Notes under the pieces: generated by a model
Seen by the model: the letters and a program-made list of their open reading frames with translations, nothing else
The model's database searches: none
What the model was told of the DNA's origin: nothing
Program-made: the position numbers and the translations under genes
Shown: positions 8,441 to 17,297 of the stretch, in pieces
Layout of the letters: each line of letters begins with the position of its first letter
Position numbering within the stretch: position 1 is the stretch's first letter
NCBI GenBank assembly: GCA_964510585.1
Contig: CAZECW010000047.1
Span: 1-21,589 of the forward strand
DNA length: 21,589 nucleotides
Direction: 5' to 3'
DNA from: an uncultured archaeon
GTDB taxonomy: Archaea > Asgardarchaeota > Jordiarchaeia > Jordiarchaeales > Jordiarchaeaceae

Positions 8441-9769
8441 ATGTCAACGATACAATTAGAAATTATAAATGCTGGTGCAGCTGACGGCAGAGCTTACATG
8501 AATAAGAGTGACATGCAATCAATAGGCGTAGACGACTTTGATGTAGTAGTTTTTATCAACAAGTATGAGGATTGGGGAGCAGCCCAAGTCATCTCAAGCA
8601 ACGATTGCGCTCCAGGATACATAATGGTCGACGGCTCGGTTCTCGACTCCGCAAACGTTTCAGAAGGAGACACCGTCACAGTGAAGAGGAAGGAAGCGGT
8701 GGGTGGAGTAACAAGTGTTCAAATAGGTGTGGAGCCCATGGCTGGACAAGCCACCGAGGAAGTTGTAGTCTGGGTCGCCGACCACGTTGACGACCTGGCA
8801 CGCCTCCTAATGAAGAGACCCATATACAAGAATCTGGAAATAGATTGGAGAGATGCGGAGTGCGGCCACATCAAGCTCCGAGTACAGAAAACACAACCAG
8901 AACTATACTCGGAGGATGTAGCCATAATTGATCCAACTGGGAGAGAAGTAACATTCGAAATTGTTCCCGCAGTGGACATGACGTTCAACGCCATCCTCAT
9001 GATAGATGTTTCTGGAAGCATGCAGAAGCAGGATATGAGAGTCATAAACGCTGATGGGGCAGTTGAGGGACTGAGGAGGGGACTTAAGGAAACACCGCAG
9101 CTAAAAGACTTCATAGTCACCATGGAGGAAGGTGCCATGGTGAGCAGAATAAAGAGTGCGGCTCTTGCCACTCTCCTCTACCTCTCACTCAAAATAGGCA
9201 GAGGTTGGGGAGAAAACGTTCAGGTCATAACCTTTGCGGACACAGCTGAGCCGCTAAGAGTGACAGATGCTGATGGAAACGTGAGCACAGTAATAAAATG
9301 CACTGGTGAAAGCAAGGACATTGGCCTCGAAACAATAGCGAACTATATAATAGAGAAGTGCAAGGAAGGAAGCGGACTAACATACATGAGTGGAGCGCTC
9401 AAATTAGCCTCAGAACTAGCACAGGGATTCCCTCCAAACCCAAAAACAGGCGTGCCATCCCCAGTAATGATGGTGCTCCTGAGCGACGGGATGCCCAACA
9501 AGGGAGACCCAGACCAAGGCATACCAGTGAATCCCATTCCAGCAATAAAGAAGTTCCTCTCGGGACAGTCTGGCTGGGTACTCTACTGCGTAGGGCTGGG
9601 TGAAGCGGACGCTCAACTAATGCAAAAAATGGCGGAGCTTGGAAGGGGTGAATTTCTTAAGGCTACAGATTTCGGTCAACTATGGAAGTGGTACGACACC
9701 CTGGCGCAAAGGTTTGCCATCGCTGTTAAAACCACTCCCTCAACTTTTGTAGCTGAAGAACCCTCATAA
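8441..9769 (+). CDS. Cdc48-N-like (double-psi barrel plus CDC48_2-like) domain fused to a vWA domain
   Basis: Residues 1-175 align by eye to the N-domain of the Cdc48 in this window (GRAYMNKSDMQSIGVDDFDVV..PGYIMVDG..ANVSEGDTVTVKR..LARLLMKRPI vs [54 protein letters not shown]). The vWA part has MIDAS motifs DVSGS (D189, nt 9005), GLTYM and LLSDG. AGGTG SD upstream. Confidence 0.88.
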   Translation: MSTIQLEIINAGAADGRAYMNKSDMQSIGVDDFDVVVFINKYEDWGAAQVISSNDCAPGYIMVDGSVLDSANVSEGDTVTVKRKEAVGGVTSVQIGVEPMAGQATEEVVVWVADHVDDLARLLMKRPIYKNLEIDWRDAECGHIKLRVQKTQPELYSEDVAIIDPTGREVTFEIVPAVDMTFNAILMIDVSGSMQKQDMRVINADGAVEGLRRGLKETPQLKDFIVTMEEGAMVSRIKSAALATLLYLSLKIGRGWGENVQVITFADTAEPLRVTDADGNVSTVIKCTGESKDIGLETIANYIIEKCKEGSGLTYMSGALKLASELAQGFPPNPKTGVPSPVMMVLLSDGMPNKGDPDQGIPVNPIPAIKKFLSGQSGWVLYCVGLGEADAQLMQKMAELGRGEFLKATDFGQLWKWYDTLAQRFAIAVKTTPSTFVAEEPS

Positions 9770-9787
9770 AAGAGAAGTAAGGAAGGG

Positions 9788-12700
9788 TTAACTCGGTTCT
9801 CTTGGTAGCACAACTATTTCCACTTTTTCCTTTTTTATCATGTGGCTTGGGATAGGTTGACTATTTTCGGTTGCCCTGACTTCTAGAAGGTACCTTGTAC
9901 GGTAGGGAACTCTGGGAACCCTCCAAGAGAAGGGGCCATAATTCTTGATTTCTTCCTTCTGGTTAATGTTTATGTTCTTTATTTCTTCTTGTGCCTCTTC
10001 GCCTATAGCGTAGACTTGAACCTTGAAGTCTTTACCTCCATATTTTTTCTTTACCACTACTTCGAAGTTCACTTTATCGTCGCTTTTCACAATGCTTGGA
10101 ATGTGAGGTGATCCCATAATTTTTACTTCTAGTGGAGTTAGCTGCGGCCTTGAAACTTGAAGTTTGGGAGAGGAGACACATTCCTCAACCTTACCTTCCA
10201 AGCTGTAGGAAAGCTTGGCGATTAGGAAACACTCCCTATCCGCAGTATAAAGAGGTGGAGTAAAGGTTCCATCTATTTGGCTCTGCTCTCCAGGATCAAG
10301 CTTTAAACGAGTACCCTCAATATGTACCTCTTTTGAGTTTATGGGTAGAAATTTGAAGTCGACTGCTACGGAAATTTTTTTCTCCGCATTGTTTTTAACC
10401 CTGAGCAAATATTTTGTGGATTCCCCGGAACTCAAATTTCCCTGAATTAGGGGTGGAGTTACATCGATGGGGGAAGCCTGCTGAACTACTGTAACGGAAG
10501 CCTTCTTTGAACCAATATTTACTCCCCCCACATTTAGACTAGCTTCCAGAGAAGCCCTCTTCACACCGGAAGGAATGCCTCTGAGTCTCATAGGCATTGG
10601 CAAAAGATAGACTCCATCCTCCCGAATAGTGTAAAGGTAAGATTCCCTCTGAATACTTGCTTCTTGGGAGGAAAACTCAAGGTCAACGGAAACAGTAACA
10701 GGTTCAAGCACATATCTGGCATCAACCTGAAGCAGGGGAAGAATTCTGACACCATACATTACAATCTGGGGAACATTAAGAATCCCACGCAATCCAAACA
10801 TTTTGTTAACGCCTGGCGACCTTACAGAAATCTCTCCAGACTCAGACTTCTCAACAACCATTCCCCTATGGATAACCTCAGCCCTAAGCTTAAACCTTCT
10901 AGCCTTCGGAAGCCCCTCCATCTTAAACCTATACCCAATTCTCTTTTTATCAAAAAGTTTAACCATCTTGTGACCTACAAGAACCTCATCCCCATCCATG
11001 GGACAATAATAAAGATTCAGCCAGAAAGAACCAGTAACATCCAAATTAAGATTTTTCAAATCAATATCAAAATTGCAGCCAGAACCCAGAACCAGCTCCT
11101 TATCTTTAGAAGTAACGTAGAGAGAAACCCTAGGCGGCTCAACAACAGAAACCTCAACAGCCTTAGACTCCCTCACCCTCTTAACCGCCGGACACGTGGG
11201 CACTGTTACAGGTGCTACTTCAGCCACCTTAACCACTTCAGCACTCCTCTTCCCGTACTTTTCAGCCATGGGCCTGCTGACTGTCATCTTTGAAGTAACC
11301 TTCACTTCGGACGCCCTCGTTTCAGAAACCTGTTTGACAGAGGGCGGCTTCGCCTCTGAAACTCTCTTTGATTCAATGGTCCTCTCTACAGTTGGCTTAC
11401 TTGTAACGTGTGTTTTCAATTTGGCATCCTTTCTCGATGTCCTTACGTGGGCCACTGGCTTGGCTTCCTTTCTTTCAGGTCTGATCCTTCTTGGGGAAGC
11501 TTTCTTCACTGTGGGTGTGACTACCCTCAATTTTAGTGTGGGCTCCGCCCTTTCAGTTTGATATTTCTGGGGTGGGGAGCGTATCTGCGGTTGGGGTTGA
11601 ACCTTCCCCTTTGGCTGGGGTACTGTCCTAGGTGAAGGCGTAGCTAATTCGGGTTTTATCCTTTGAACTACTTTTGGGGCATGTGTTTCTGTGGTGAGTT
11701 TTGTTATCACCTTAACTTCTGGTTTCTTGGGTTCTGGTGCTGGTGCTTCTTTCGGTATAATGATTATGTTTGGGGTTTCGTATTCGCCTACAATTCGCCC
11801 CTTGTAGAGAACCTGCACTCTTACTCTTAGATTGGCTTCTTTTGCAATTTCTCCTCCTACTTTTATACTGTGAGGGACTTTTACTTCCTTAAGGTTGGTT
11901 AGACTCTTCTCCAACTGAAGTTTTAGAGCTCCGCTTGGAAACCTGTGGAAAATGCGCACCTGATATTTTCCAGAGAATTGGGGGGTGGTGTTTGCCACTT
12001 GGAAACTCATCTCATATGTTTTTCCTTCCTCAAATTTCTTGTAGACAGAAATGGGCTTAATTGAAATGTTGGGTGTGGCAATTACTCTAAAGGAGCCGGT
12101 TTTTATCTTGGCTAACTCGTTTTTCTCACTGTCACGAACAGTGAATTGGAGGAAGCAACTCTTTGGCTTAGAGAAGGCCCCAAAAGGCACCATAAGAGGA
12201 ATACTGCTTTCTTTAAAAATTGATTCTTTACCAGGCTTGAGCGAAACTTCTTTTACCGCTGTGCTAATAACGGCTTCCTCGTCACCCTCTTTGGATAGAA
12301 CCTTTCCAAGAATTGTGACATGAGTTTCAGAACTATTATTTGAAGATAAGCTAAGCTGGAAGGGAATACGCTCCTCAGCAATAACCTGTTTAGCTCCTAC
12401 GGAGGCAGCCCCCTTCACAGAGAAGGCGGACAAGGGCGCAGGGATGGGCGCGGTGACGCCTGTGGCTACTGGTTGGGCGGTGGATGTAGGCTTAGCAATA
12501 GCTTCCCTTACTGGCAACTCGGGAGCTCCGAAGAGGCTTGTTATGGGATCCTCATTGAGACTCGTGCAAAAGTCCTCGGTAATCTTAATTAGGTTTGATG
12601 TAACCCTCCTAAACTCGCCGCCTGAGGAGTGATAAAGGTATAGGAGATAGTCTGCTGGTGAGCAGGGAGGCTCAAGCTGGCTGGTTCCCATAACAGAGGC

Positions 12701-13903
12701 TAAAACTGGCTTGAGATACTCTTGGAAACCTAGCTCCTCAACCTCGCTCTGAATAAACTTGAGCATGCTTTGGACAGCTTCAAAAAGCTTCGTGTTCGGC
12801 TTCTCAGTGTCGGGGTCAAGATTATAATATTTCGCGAATTGCTTATTTGAATTGTTCAGACCATCGTCTCCAAAGAACTTGCCGAAAAGTCCAAACTCAA
12901 TAGCCTTATCCCTATTATCCACCAGAACCTCGGAGCTCACATTTGGCAGCCTCTGACCAGACTTGGCGATCTTCACAGCCTTGTAGGCTAGGGCCTGGAT
13001 AATTGCAACCAGGGCCAATCTACGCGAAACACTAAACTGACTATCAAAAACCCTAATCTCAATCGTTCCATAGTCGGTAAACGGAAACATATCCACAAAC
13101 CGGTCGTCGGGAGGCTCCCTGCTCACAATTTTGTCAAACTGTCTCCTGTCAAGCCTCTCCAGAAAGGGAATGTAGTGATCTTTGTCTGCAGGGCCAGTCT
13201 GCCCCTTGTTAAACTTCAGCCTAAGACTCCTCACATTATTCTGGCCAAGAATGGTAACCTTAGGCATTTTCTTAACCTTAACGTTACCCGTAGGCCCCTC
13301 ATTCATAAATGGAGAGTTCACGGAAAGCGCAATCAAGTGGGGTAGAAAACAACGCAAAACGTTATACGCAGCAAGCCTATCCCTGCTGTCAGGCATACCG
13401 ATATGATAGTGGTCGCCGAAGGTGACACCACTACGGTACTCAGCCTCCTTAGGATTAAAGCCAATCGATATAATTCCATAACCGCTTGGCAGAGAGTCTA
13501 GGGCAACCCGGTAAAGAGACTTAATCCACCAACCCAGCTCCTCCATAGTTTCACAGGGAGGAGTCACCAGCTCAAGAATCCAAGTAACCTGACTTATGTT
13601 GGGATCCGGCCCAAAAGCGTAAATCTCAACATTCCTACCCCCACGTATCCTATAGCTCACAGTAATGTAGGGCAACCTCCGCCCCTGACGCTCCTTTTCC
13701 ACACGCCCAACACGAACAAGCCTCTCCCTCACAATACTTGGAGCCCCCTCAAGAACCTTTTTCTCCAGCATGGCGGCCGCACGCTTAAGCAAGTGATCCC
13801 AAACCCTTATTAGAGACTGCCCCTGAAGCAGACTGCCACCCTGATCCACAATCTGAATCTCAATCTCGACACCCTGAGTAAAAGGAAGACGTTTACCATC
13901 CAT
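9788..13903 (-). CDS. Multidomain protein: GCS2/YbdK-like carboxylate-amine ligase, predicted beta-sandwich domains and a basic low-complexity linker (1371 aa)
   Basis: The N-terminal ~450 aa carry GCS2 motifs FTQGVEIEIQIVD, ILELVTPPC, TFGDHYHIG, LPHLIALSVNSPF and GTIEIRVFD. These are followed by a P/T/A linker, ~230 aa of beta-strand pattern, a ~205-aa P/K/R/S/T-rich linker and ~450 aa of beta-strand pattern. No signal peptide or TM segment. Confidence 0.88.
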   Translation of the reverse strand: MDGKRLPFTQGVEIEIQIVDQGGSLLQGQSLIRVWDHLLKRAAAMLEKKVLEGAPSIVRERLVRVGRVEKERQGRRLPYITVSYRIRGGRNVEIYAFGPDPNISQVTWILELVTPPCETMEELGWWIKSLYRVALDSLPSGYGIISIGFNPKEAEYRSGVTFGDHYHIGMPDSRDRLAAYNVLRCFLPHLIALSVNSPFMNEGPTGNVKVKKMPKVTILGQNNVRSLRLKFNKGQTGPADKDHYIPFLERLDRRQFDKIVSREPPDDRFVDMFPFTDYGTIEIRVFDSQFSVSRRLALVAIIQALAYKAVKIAKSGQRLPNVSSEVLVDNRDKAIEFGLFGKFFGDDGLNNSNKQFAKYYNLDPDTEKPNTKLFEAVQSMLKFIQSEVEELGFQEYLKPVLASVMGTSQLEPPCSPADYLLYLYHSSGGEFRRVTSNLIKITEDFCTSLNEDPITSLFGAPELPVREAIAKPTSTAQPVATGVTAPIPAPLSAFSVKGAASVGAKQVIAEERIPFQLSLSSNNSSETHVTILGKVLSKEGDEEAVISTAVKEVSLKPGKESIFKESSIPLMVPFGAFSKPKSCFLQFTVRDSEKNELAKIKTGSFRVIATPNISIKPISVYKKFEEGKTYEMSFQVANTTPQFSGKYQVRIFHRFPSGALKLQLEKSLTNLKEVKVPHSIKVGGEIAKEANLRVRVQVLYKGRIVGEYETPNIIIIPKEAPAPEPKKPEVKVITKLTTETHAPKVVQRIKPELATPSPRTVPQPKGKVQPQPQIRSPPQKYQTERAEPTLKLRVVTPTVKKASPRRIRPERKEAKPVAHVRTSRKDAKLKTHVTSKPTVERTIESKRVSEAKPPSVKQVSETRASEVKVTSKMTVSRPMAEKYGKRSAEVVKVAEVAPVTVPTCPAVKRVRESKAVEVSVVEPPRVSLYVTSKDKELVLGSGCNFDIDLKNLNLDVTGSFWLNLYYCPMDGDEVLVGHKMVKLFDKKRIGYRFKMEGLPKARRFKLRAEVIHRGMVVEKSESGEISVRSPGVNKMFGLRGILNVPQIVMYGVRILPLLQVDARYVLEPVTVSVDLEFSSQEASIQRESYLYTIREDGVYLLPMPMRLRGIPSGVKRASLEASLNVGGVNIGSKKASVTVVQQASPIDVTPPLIQGNLSSGESTKYLLRVKNNAEKKISVAVDFKFLPINSKEVHIEGTRLKLDPGEQSQIDGTFTPPLYTADRECFLIAKLSYSLEGKVEECVSSPKLQVSRPQLTPLEVKIMGSPHIPSIVKSDDKVNFEVVVKKKYGGKDFKVQVYAIGEEAQEEIKNININQKEEIKNYGPFSWRVPRVPYRTRYLLEVRATENSQPIPSHMIKKEKVEIVVLPREPS

Positions 13904-13934
13904 TAAACCACACTCAAAACATACGCCGTGCCGC

Positions 13935-13953
13935 GGTGGAGAAGCTTCCCACC
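13935..13953. promoter_or_regulatory. Near-perfect palindrome at the ligase promoter/5' UTR (candidate operator or hairpin)
   Basis: GGTGG-A-GAAGCTTC-CCACC is an 18-bp palindrome with one extra A, 32-50 nt upstream of the ligase ATG. TATA-like TTTATCAG (13978-13985, minus) and TATTTATT (about 13958-13965, minus) lie just upstream. Confidence 0.35.
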
Positions 13954-14232
13954 TTCAAATAAATATCTGGAAGAAGACTGATAAATCTCTTTCTTAAACA
14001 ATCCAAACACTTCACCACTATTTCAGCCGTGGAAAGCATCAAATGCCATCAATATACATATTCCCAAGTTTTTCTAGGCAACTATTTTGGAGTAAAAAAC
14101 CAATCAAAGATTTATTTATTCTAAAAAGGCTGAAGACCTAACCCTAAATAACCCTTAACAGAAGTTAGTAAAAAGTTATCAGTACCATCTTATAAAATGG
14201 GAGAATTTCTCCTCTGGGGTGTGATTTCCGGC

Positions 14233-14958
14233 TTAGTCCTTTTCGCGGAGGCGTAGCACACATTTATTGTCCTTCTTTGAGGTTTCTATTTTTATTATTC
14301 CCCTTTCCTCTGAGTCCTTCAGCGCCTTCATTAATTTCTCTTCCCTCACATCTAGCAATTCGGAAATCTTGGAGAGTGGACACTCTCCTCCAGATTCCAG
14401 TAGGATTCGCAGTGAGGAGACTGCGTCGGGAAGAAGGTCAAAGTCCTCAATCACTCGGTCCATTTCCCGGAAAATCATCTGTGAAATTTGAATGAGCTGC
14501 TTTTCCTCCTCCCGCAGAGCCACCAACTCCTCCTCAACACTTTTAAGCAATTCCACACCCTTCCTCAGCTTTTCCAAGGGACTCTGCGCCTTCTCCAAAT
14601 TGTAAATCTCCTTAAGAAACTTGTTTAATTTACCCTTGCCCGTCTCAACCACGTCCGGCAGCATATCCAGAATCTCTCTGAAAGTGTTAGGCGCAATACT
14701 AAAAGACAGAAACAGTGAAGCATCAACATAGTAGTAGGTTCTCTCAGGACCAATGGGGCTCTCAACAATCCTTTTCTTAACAATGCCCTTCTCTTCAAGA
14801 AGAGCCAAATGCTGGGAAACTGCCCTAGGAGTAATTTTAAGCTGCGTAGCTATCTCAAAAGGATATCGGCTTCCCTTGGTAAGCAGCTGAAGAATCCTAC
14901 GCCTAGTGGGATTACCCAAAATAAACATTAAATCCTCAAGAGATATTTCCTTCTCCAT
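14233..14958 (-). CDS. ArsR-family wHTH heat-shock regulator, Phr/HSR1-like (COG1777)
   Basis: LGNPTRRRILQLLTK..AVSQHLALLEEKGIV..GPERTYY closely follows the Pyrococcus Phr pattern; central coiled-coil and a second C-terminal wHTH-like segment; adjacent to hsp20 and cdc48 as in the Archaeoglobus HSR1 locus. Confidence 0.85.
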   Translation of the reverse strand: MEKEISLEDLMFILGNPTRRRILQLLTKGSRYPFEIATQLKITPRAVSQHLALLEEKGIVKKRIVESPIGPERTYYYVDASLFLSFSIAPNTFREILDMLPDVVETGKGKLNKFLKEIYNLEKAQSPLEKLRKGVELLKSVEEELVALREEEKQLIQISQMIFREMDRVIEDFDLLPDAVSSLRILLESGGECPLSKISELLDVREEKLMKALKDSEERGIIKIETSKKDNKCVLRLREKD

Positions 14959-14981
14959 CCAAAAACAGCCCCCTTTTCCTC

Positions 14982-14997
14982 AAAAAACAAAAAAAAA
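14982..14997 (-). terminator. Oligo-T terminator after cdc48
   Basis: The minus strand reads TTTTTTTTTGTTTTTT about 25-40 nt after the cdc48 stop and just before the regulator start. Confidence 0.55.
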
Positions 14998-15021
14998 GGT
15001 GGAAGAGGATCACCATCCGCC

Positions 15022-17223
15022 CTACTGCTTGTTCTCTGCAAAGCTGCAGTAAAGTTTTTCTAGCTGTTCTCTCCTCGAGCGTGACATAGGCTTAACTTTT
15101 GTTAGCGCCTCCTCTAAGTGTTCCATTGTAATCTTGCAGTCTATCTTTTCCTCCTTGTCACTGAGGTCTTTGCCGTTCTTAGCAATGTACTCTCTTATGG
15201 CAGCCATTACAGCCTCGTTGCAAACCGCAGCTATGTCAGCACCAGAATATCCGTCGGTCTTCTCAGCCAGCTTTTCAATGTTAACATTTCCGGCAAGGGG
15301 CTTGCCTCGTAGATGCACCTCGAATATCTTCTTTCTTGTTTCAAAATCGGGAAGAGGAATGTAAATCAGCTGGTCAAATCTTCCCGGCCTCAGAAGCGCT
15401 GGGTCAATTATGTCAGGCCTGTTTGAAGCTGCAATTACTGTTACACCCTTAAGTTCCTCAAGACCGTCAAGCTCCGTCAATATTTGACTTATAACTCTTT
15501 CAGTCACATGTGAGTCTCCGAAGTCACCTCCCCTCACCGGGGTGATTGAGTCAATTTCGTCAAAGAACACTATGCATGGAGCTGCCTGCCTAGCCTTCCT
15601 GAATGTTTCACGCACAGCCTTCTCAGATTCACCCACCCATTTTGATAGGAACTCGGGGCCCTTCACAGAGATGAAGTTTGCTTCACTCTCGTGGGCTACT
15701 GCCTTTGCCAGCAGTGTTTTTCCAGTTCCCGGTGGCCCATATAGGAGTATTCCTTTTGGTGGGTTAGCTTTCATGTGTCTGAAGAGGTTGGGGTATTTAA
15801 GTGGCCACTCCACGGCTTCGATTAGTTGCTTTTTGACTTCTTCTAGTCCTCCTATGTCTTCCCAAGTGACGTTTGGCACCTCAACAAAGACTTCCCTCAG
15901 TGCTGATGGTTCAATGTCCCTGAGTGCATTTTCAAAGTCTTCCCTTGTAACCTGTATCTTATCCAGAACCTCAGCAGGTATGGTTTCCGCTTCCAAATCT
16001 ATTTCTGGCAGTATTCTTCTTAGGGCTATCATAGCCGCCTCCTTACAGAGTGCCTCTATGTCTGCGCCTACGAAGCCATGTGTAACTCTGGCAAGCTCGT
16101 CCAAGTTAACGTCCTTTGCCAGCGGCATTCCCCTCGTGTGTATTTGGAATATTGCTCTTCTGCCTTCCTGGTTCGGTATGCCGATTTCGATTTCCCTGTC
16201 GAACCTGCCTCCCCGTCTGAGAGCTGGGTCTATTGCGTTTGGCCTGTTGGTCGCAGCAATCACTATGACTTTTCCGCGGGATTTGAGGCCATCCATAAGC
16301 GTTAGGAGCTGTGAAACCACTCTCCTCTCAACGTCGCCTGTTACCTCTTCCCTTTTTGGTGCTATGGAGTCCAGTTCATCTATGAATATTATGCTTGGCG
16401 CATTCTTCTCGGCTTCCTCAAATATTTCTCTCAGTCTGCTCTCACTCTCACCGTAGAATTTGCTCATTATTTCTGGTCCACTTATGCTGTAGAAGTTGGC
16501 GTTTGTCTCATTTGCCACCGCTTTAGCTAGCAATGTTTTACCTGTTCCGGGTGGTCCATAGAGGAGAACTCCCTTGGGTGGCTCTATTCCCAGCTTGCTG
16601 AAAAGTTCTGGGTGGTTAAGCGGTAGCTCTATCATCTCTCTAACCTTTCTGATTTCCTCGTCCAGCCCTCCAATGTCTTCGTATGATACTCTGGGAACCT
16701 TTTTGGCCTCGATTTCCTCTGCTGGTTTTTCGCTTATTCTTACCTCTGTTTCGCTGGTCATAATCACAGTGTCAGATTTGGGAGTGAAGCTTGTGACCAT
16801 GAGGACGATTTTGCCGCTTAGGGCTGCGATTTCAACATAGTCTCCAATGCTTATTACCCGACCCTCAAGGAGCCTTCTGAGATAGTCTTCAGCTCCCGTG
16901 ATTCTTATAGCTAGGGTGGGGGCAAAAGTGATGCTGGTGGCTGGCTTTGCTTCAACCTTTCTGATTTCCACCTTGTCATCAAGCGAAGTTCCAGCATTTC
17001 TTCTTGTGGCACCGTCTATTCTGATTATTCCCTTGCCAGTGTCTTCTGGATACCCGGGCCAGGCTAGGGCCGCGGTTTTCCTTTTTCCAACTATTTCCAC
17101 TGCGTCGCCTGTTCTTATGTCCAGTTGGCTTGCAATTTTGGGATCAATGCGGATGATGTTTCTTCCCACATCTCTGGGCTTTGCTTCTGCCACTCTCACA
17201 ATTATGCTTTTTTGATTGGTCAT
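15022..17223 (-). CDS. cdc48: Cdc48/VAT type II AAA+ ATPase (733 aa)
   Basis: N-domain plus two AAA modules, each with GPPGTGKT; Walker B motifs IIFIDELD and IVFFDEID; pore loops KFYG and KWVG; SRH motifs ALRRGGRFD and ALLRPGRFD; GGTGG SD. Confidence 0.98.
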   Translation of the reverse strand: MTNQKSIIVRVAEAKPRDVGRNIIRIDPKIASQLDIRTGDAVEIVGKRKTAALAWPGYPEDTGKGIIRIDGATRRNAGTSLDDKVEIRKVEAKPATSITFAPTLAIRITGAEDYLRRLLEGRVISIGDYVEIAALSGKIVLMVTSFTPKSDTVIMTSETEVRISEKPAEEIEAKKVPRVSYEDIGGLDEEIRKVREMIELPLNHPELFSKLGIEPPKGVLLYGPPGTGKTLLAKAVANETNANFYSISGPEIMSKFYGESESRLREIFEEAEKNAPSIIFIDELDSIAPKREEVTGDVERRVVSQLLTLMDGLKSRGKVIVIAATNRPNAIDPALRRGGRFDREIEIGIPNQEGRRAIFQIHTRGMPLAKDVNLDELARVTHGFVGADIEALCKEAAMIALRRILPEIDLEAETIPAEVLDKIQVTREDFENALRDIEPSALREVFVEVPNVTWEDIGGLEEVKKQLIEAVEWPLKYPNLFRHMKANPPKGILLYGPPGTGKTLLAKAVAHESEANFISVKGPEFLSKWVGESEKAVRETFRKARQAAPCIVFFDEIDSITPVRGGDFGDSHVTERVISQILTELDGLEELKGVTVIAASNRPDIIDPALLRPGRFDQLIYIPLPDFETRKKIFEVHLRGKPLAGNVNIEKLAEKTDGYSGADIAAVCNEAVMAAIREYIAKNGKDLSDKEEKIDCKITMEHLEEALTKVKPMSRSRREQLEKLYCSFAENKQ

Positions 17224-17297
17224 ATTTTTTTCACCACCAATTAATCATTAACATAAACATTCTTTTAATTAAACAATTTTTAATTATTTGTTCTATT

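Noticed and set aside
10664-13406. Plus-strand ORFs opposite the ligase (10664..11293, 11196..11561, 12051..12323, 12444..12632, 13182..13406)
   Set aside because: Antisense shadows with no motifs; the minus-strand frame is continuous for 1371 codons.
9788-13903. Plain annotation of the ligase as glutamate-cysteine ligase for gamma-Glu-Cys synthesis
   Set aside because: Not excluded, but the indels, the missing Arg in the DIRP motif and ~900 aa of extra domains make the specific activity unsupported; only the fold is called.
14155-14169. TTAAC-AGAA-GTTAG resembling the HSR1 CTAAC-N5-GTTAG box
   Set aside because: The spacer is 4 rather than 5 nt, and it lies downstream of the regulator gene and about 250 nt from the ligase start, not at an evident promoter.
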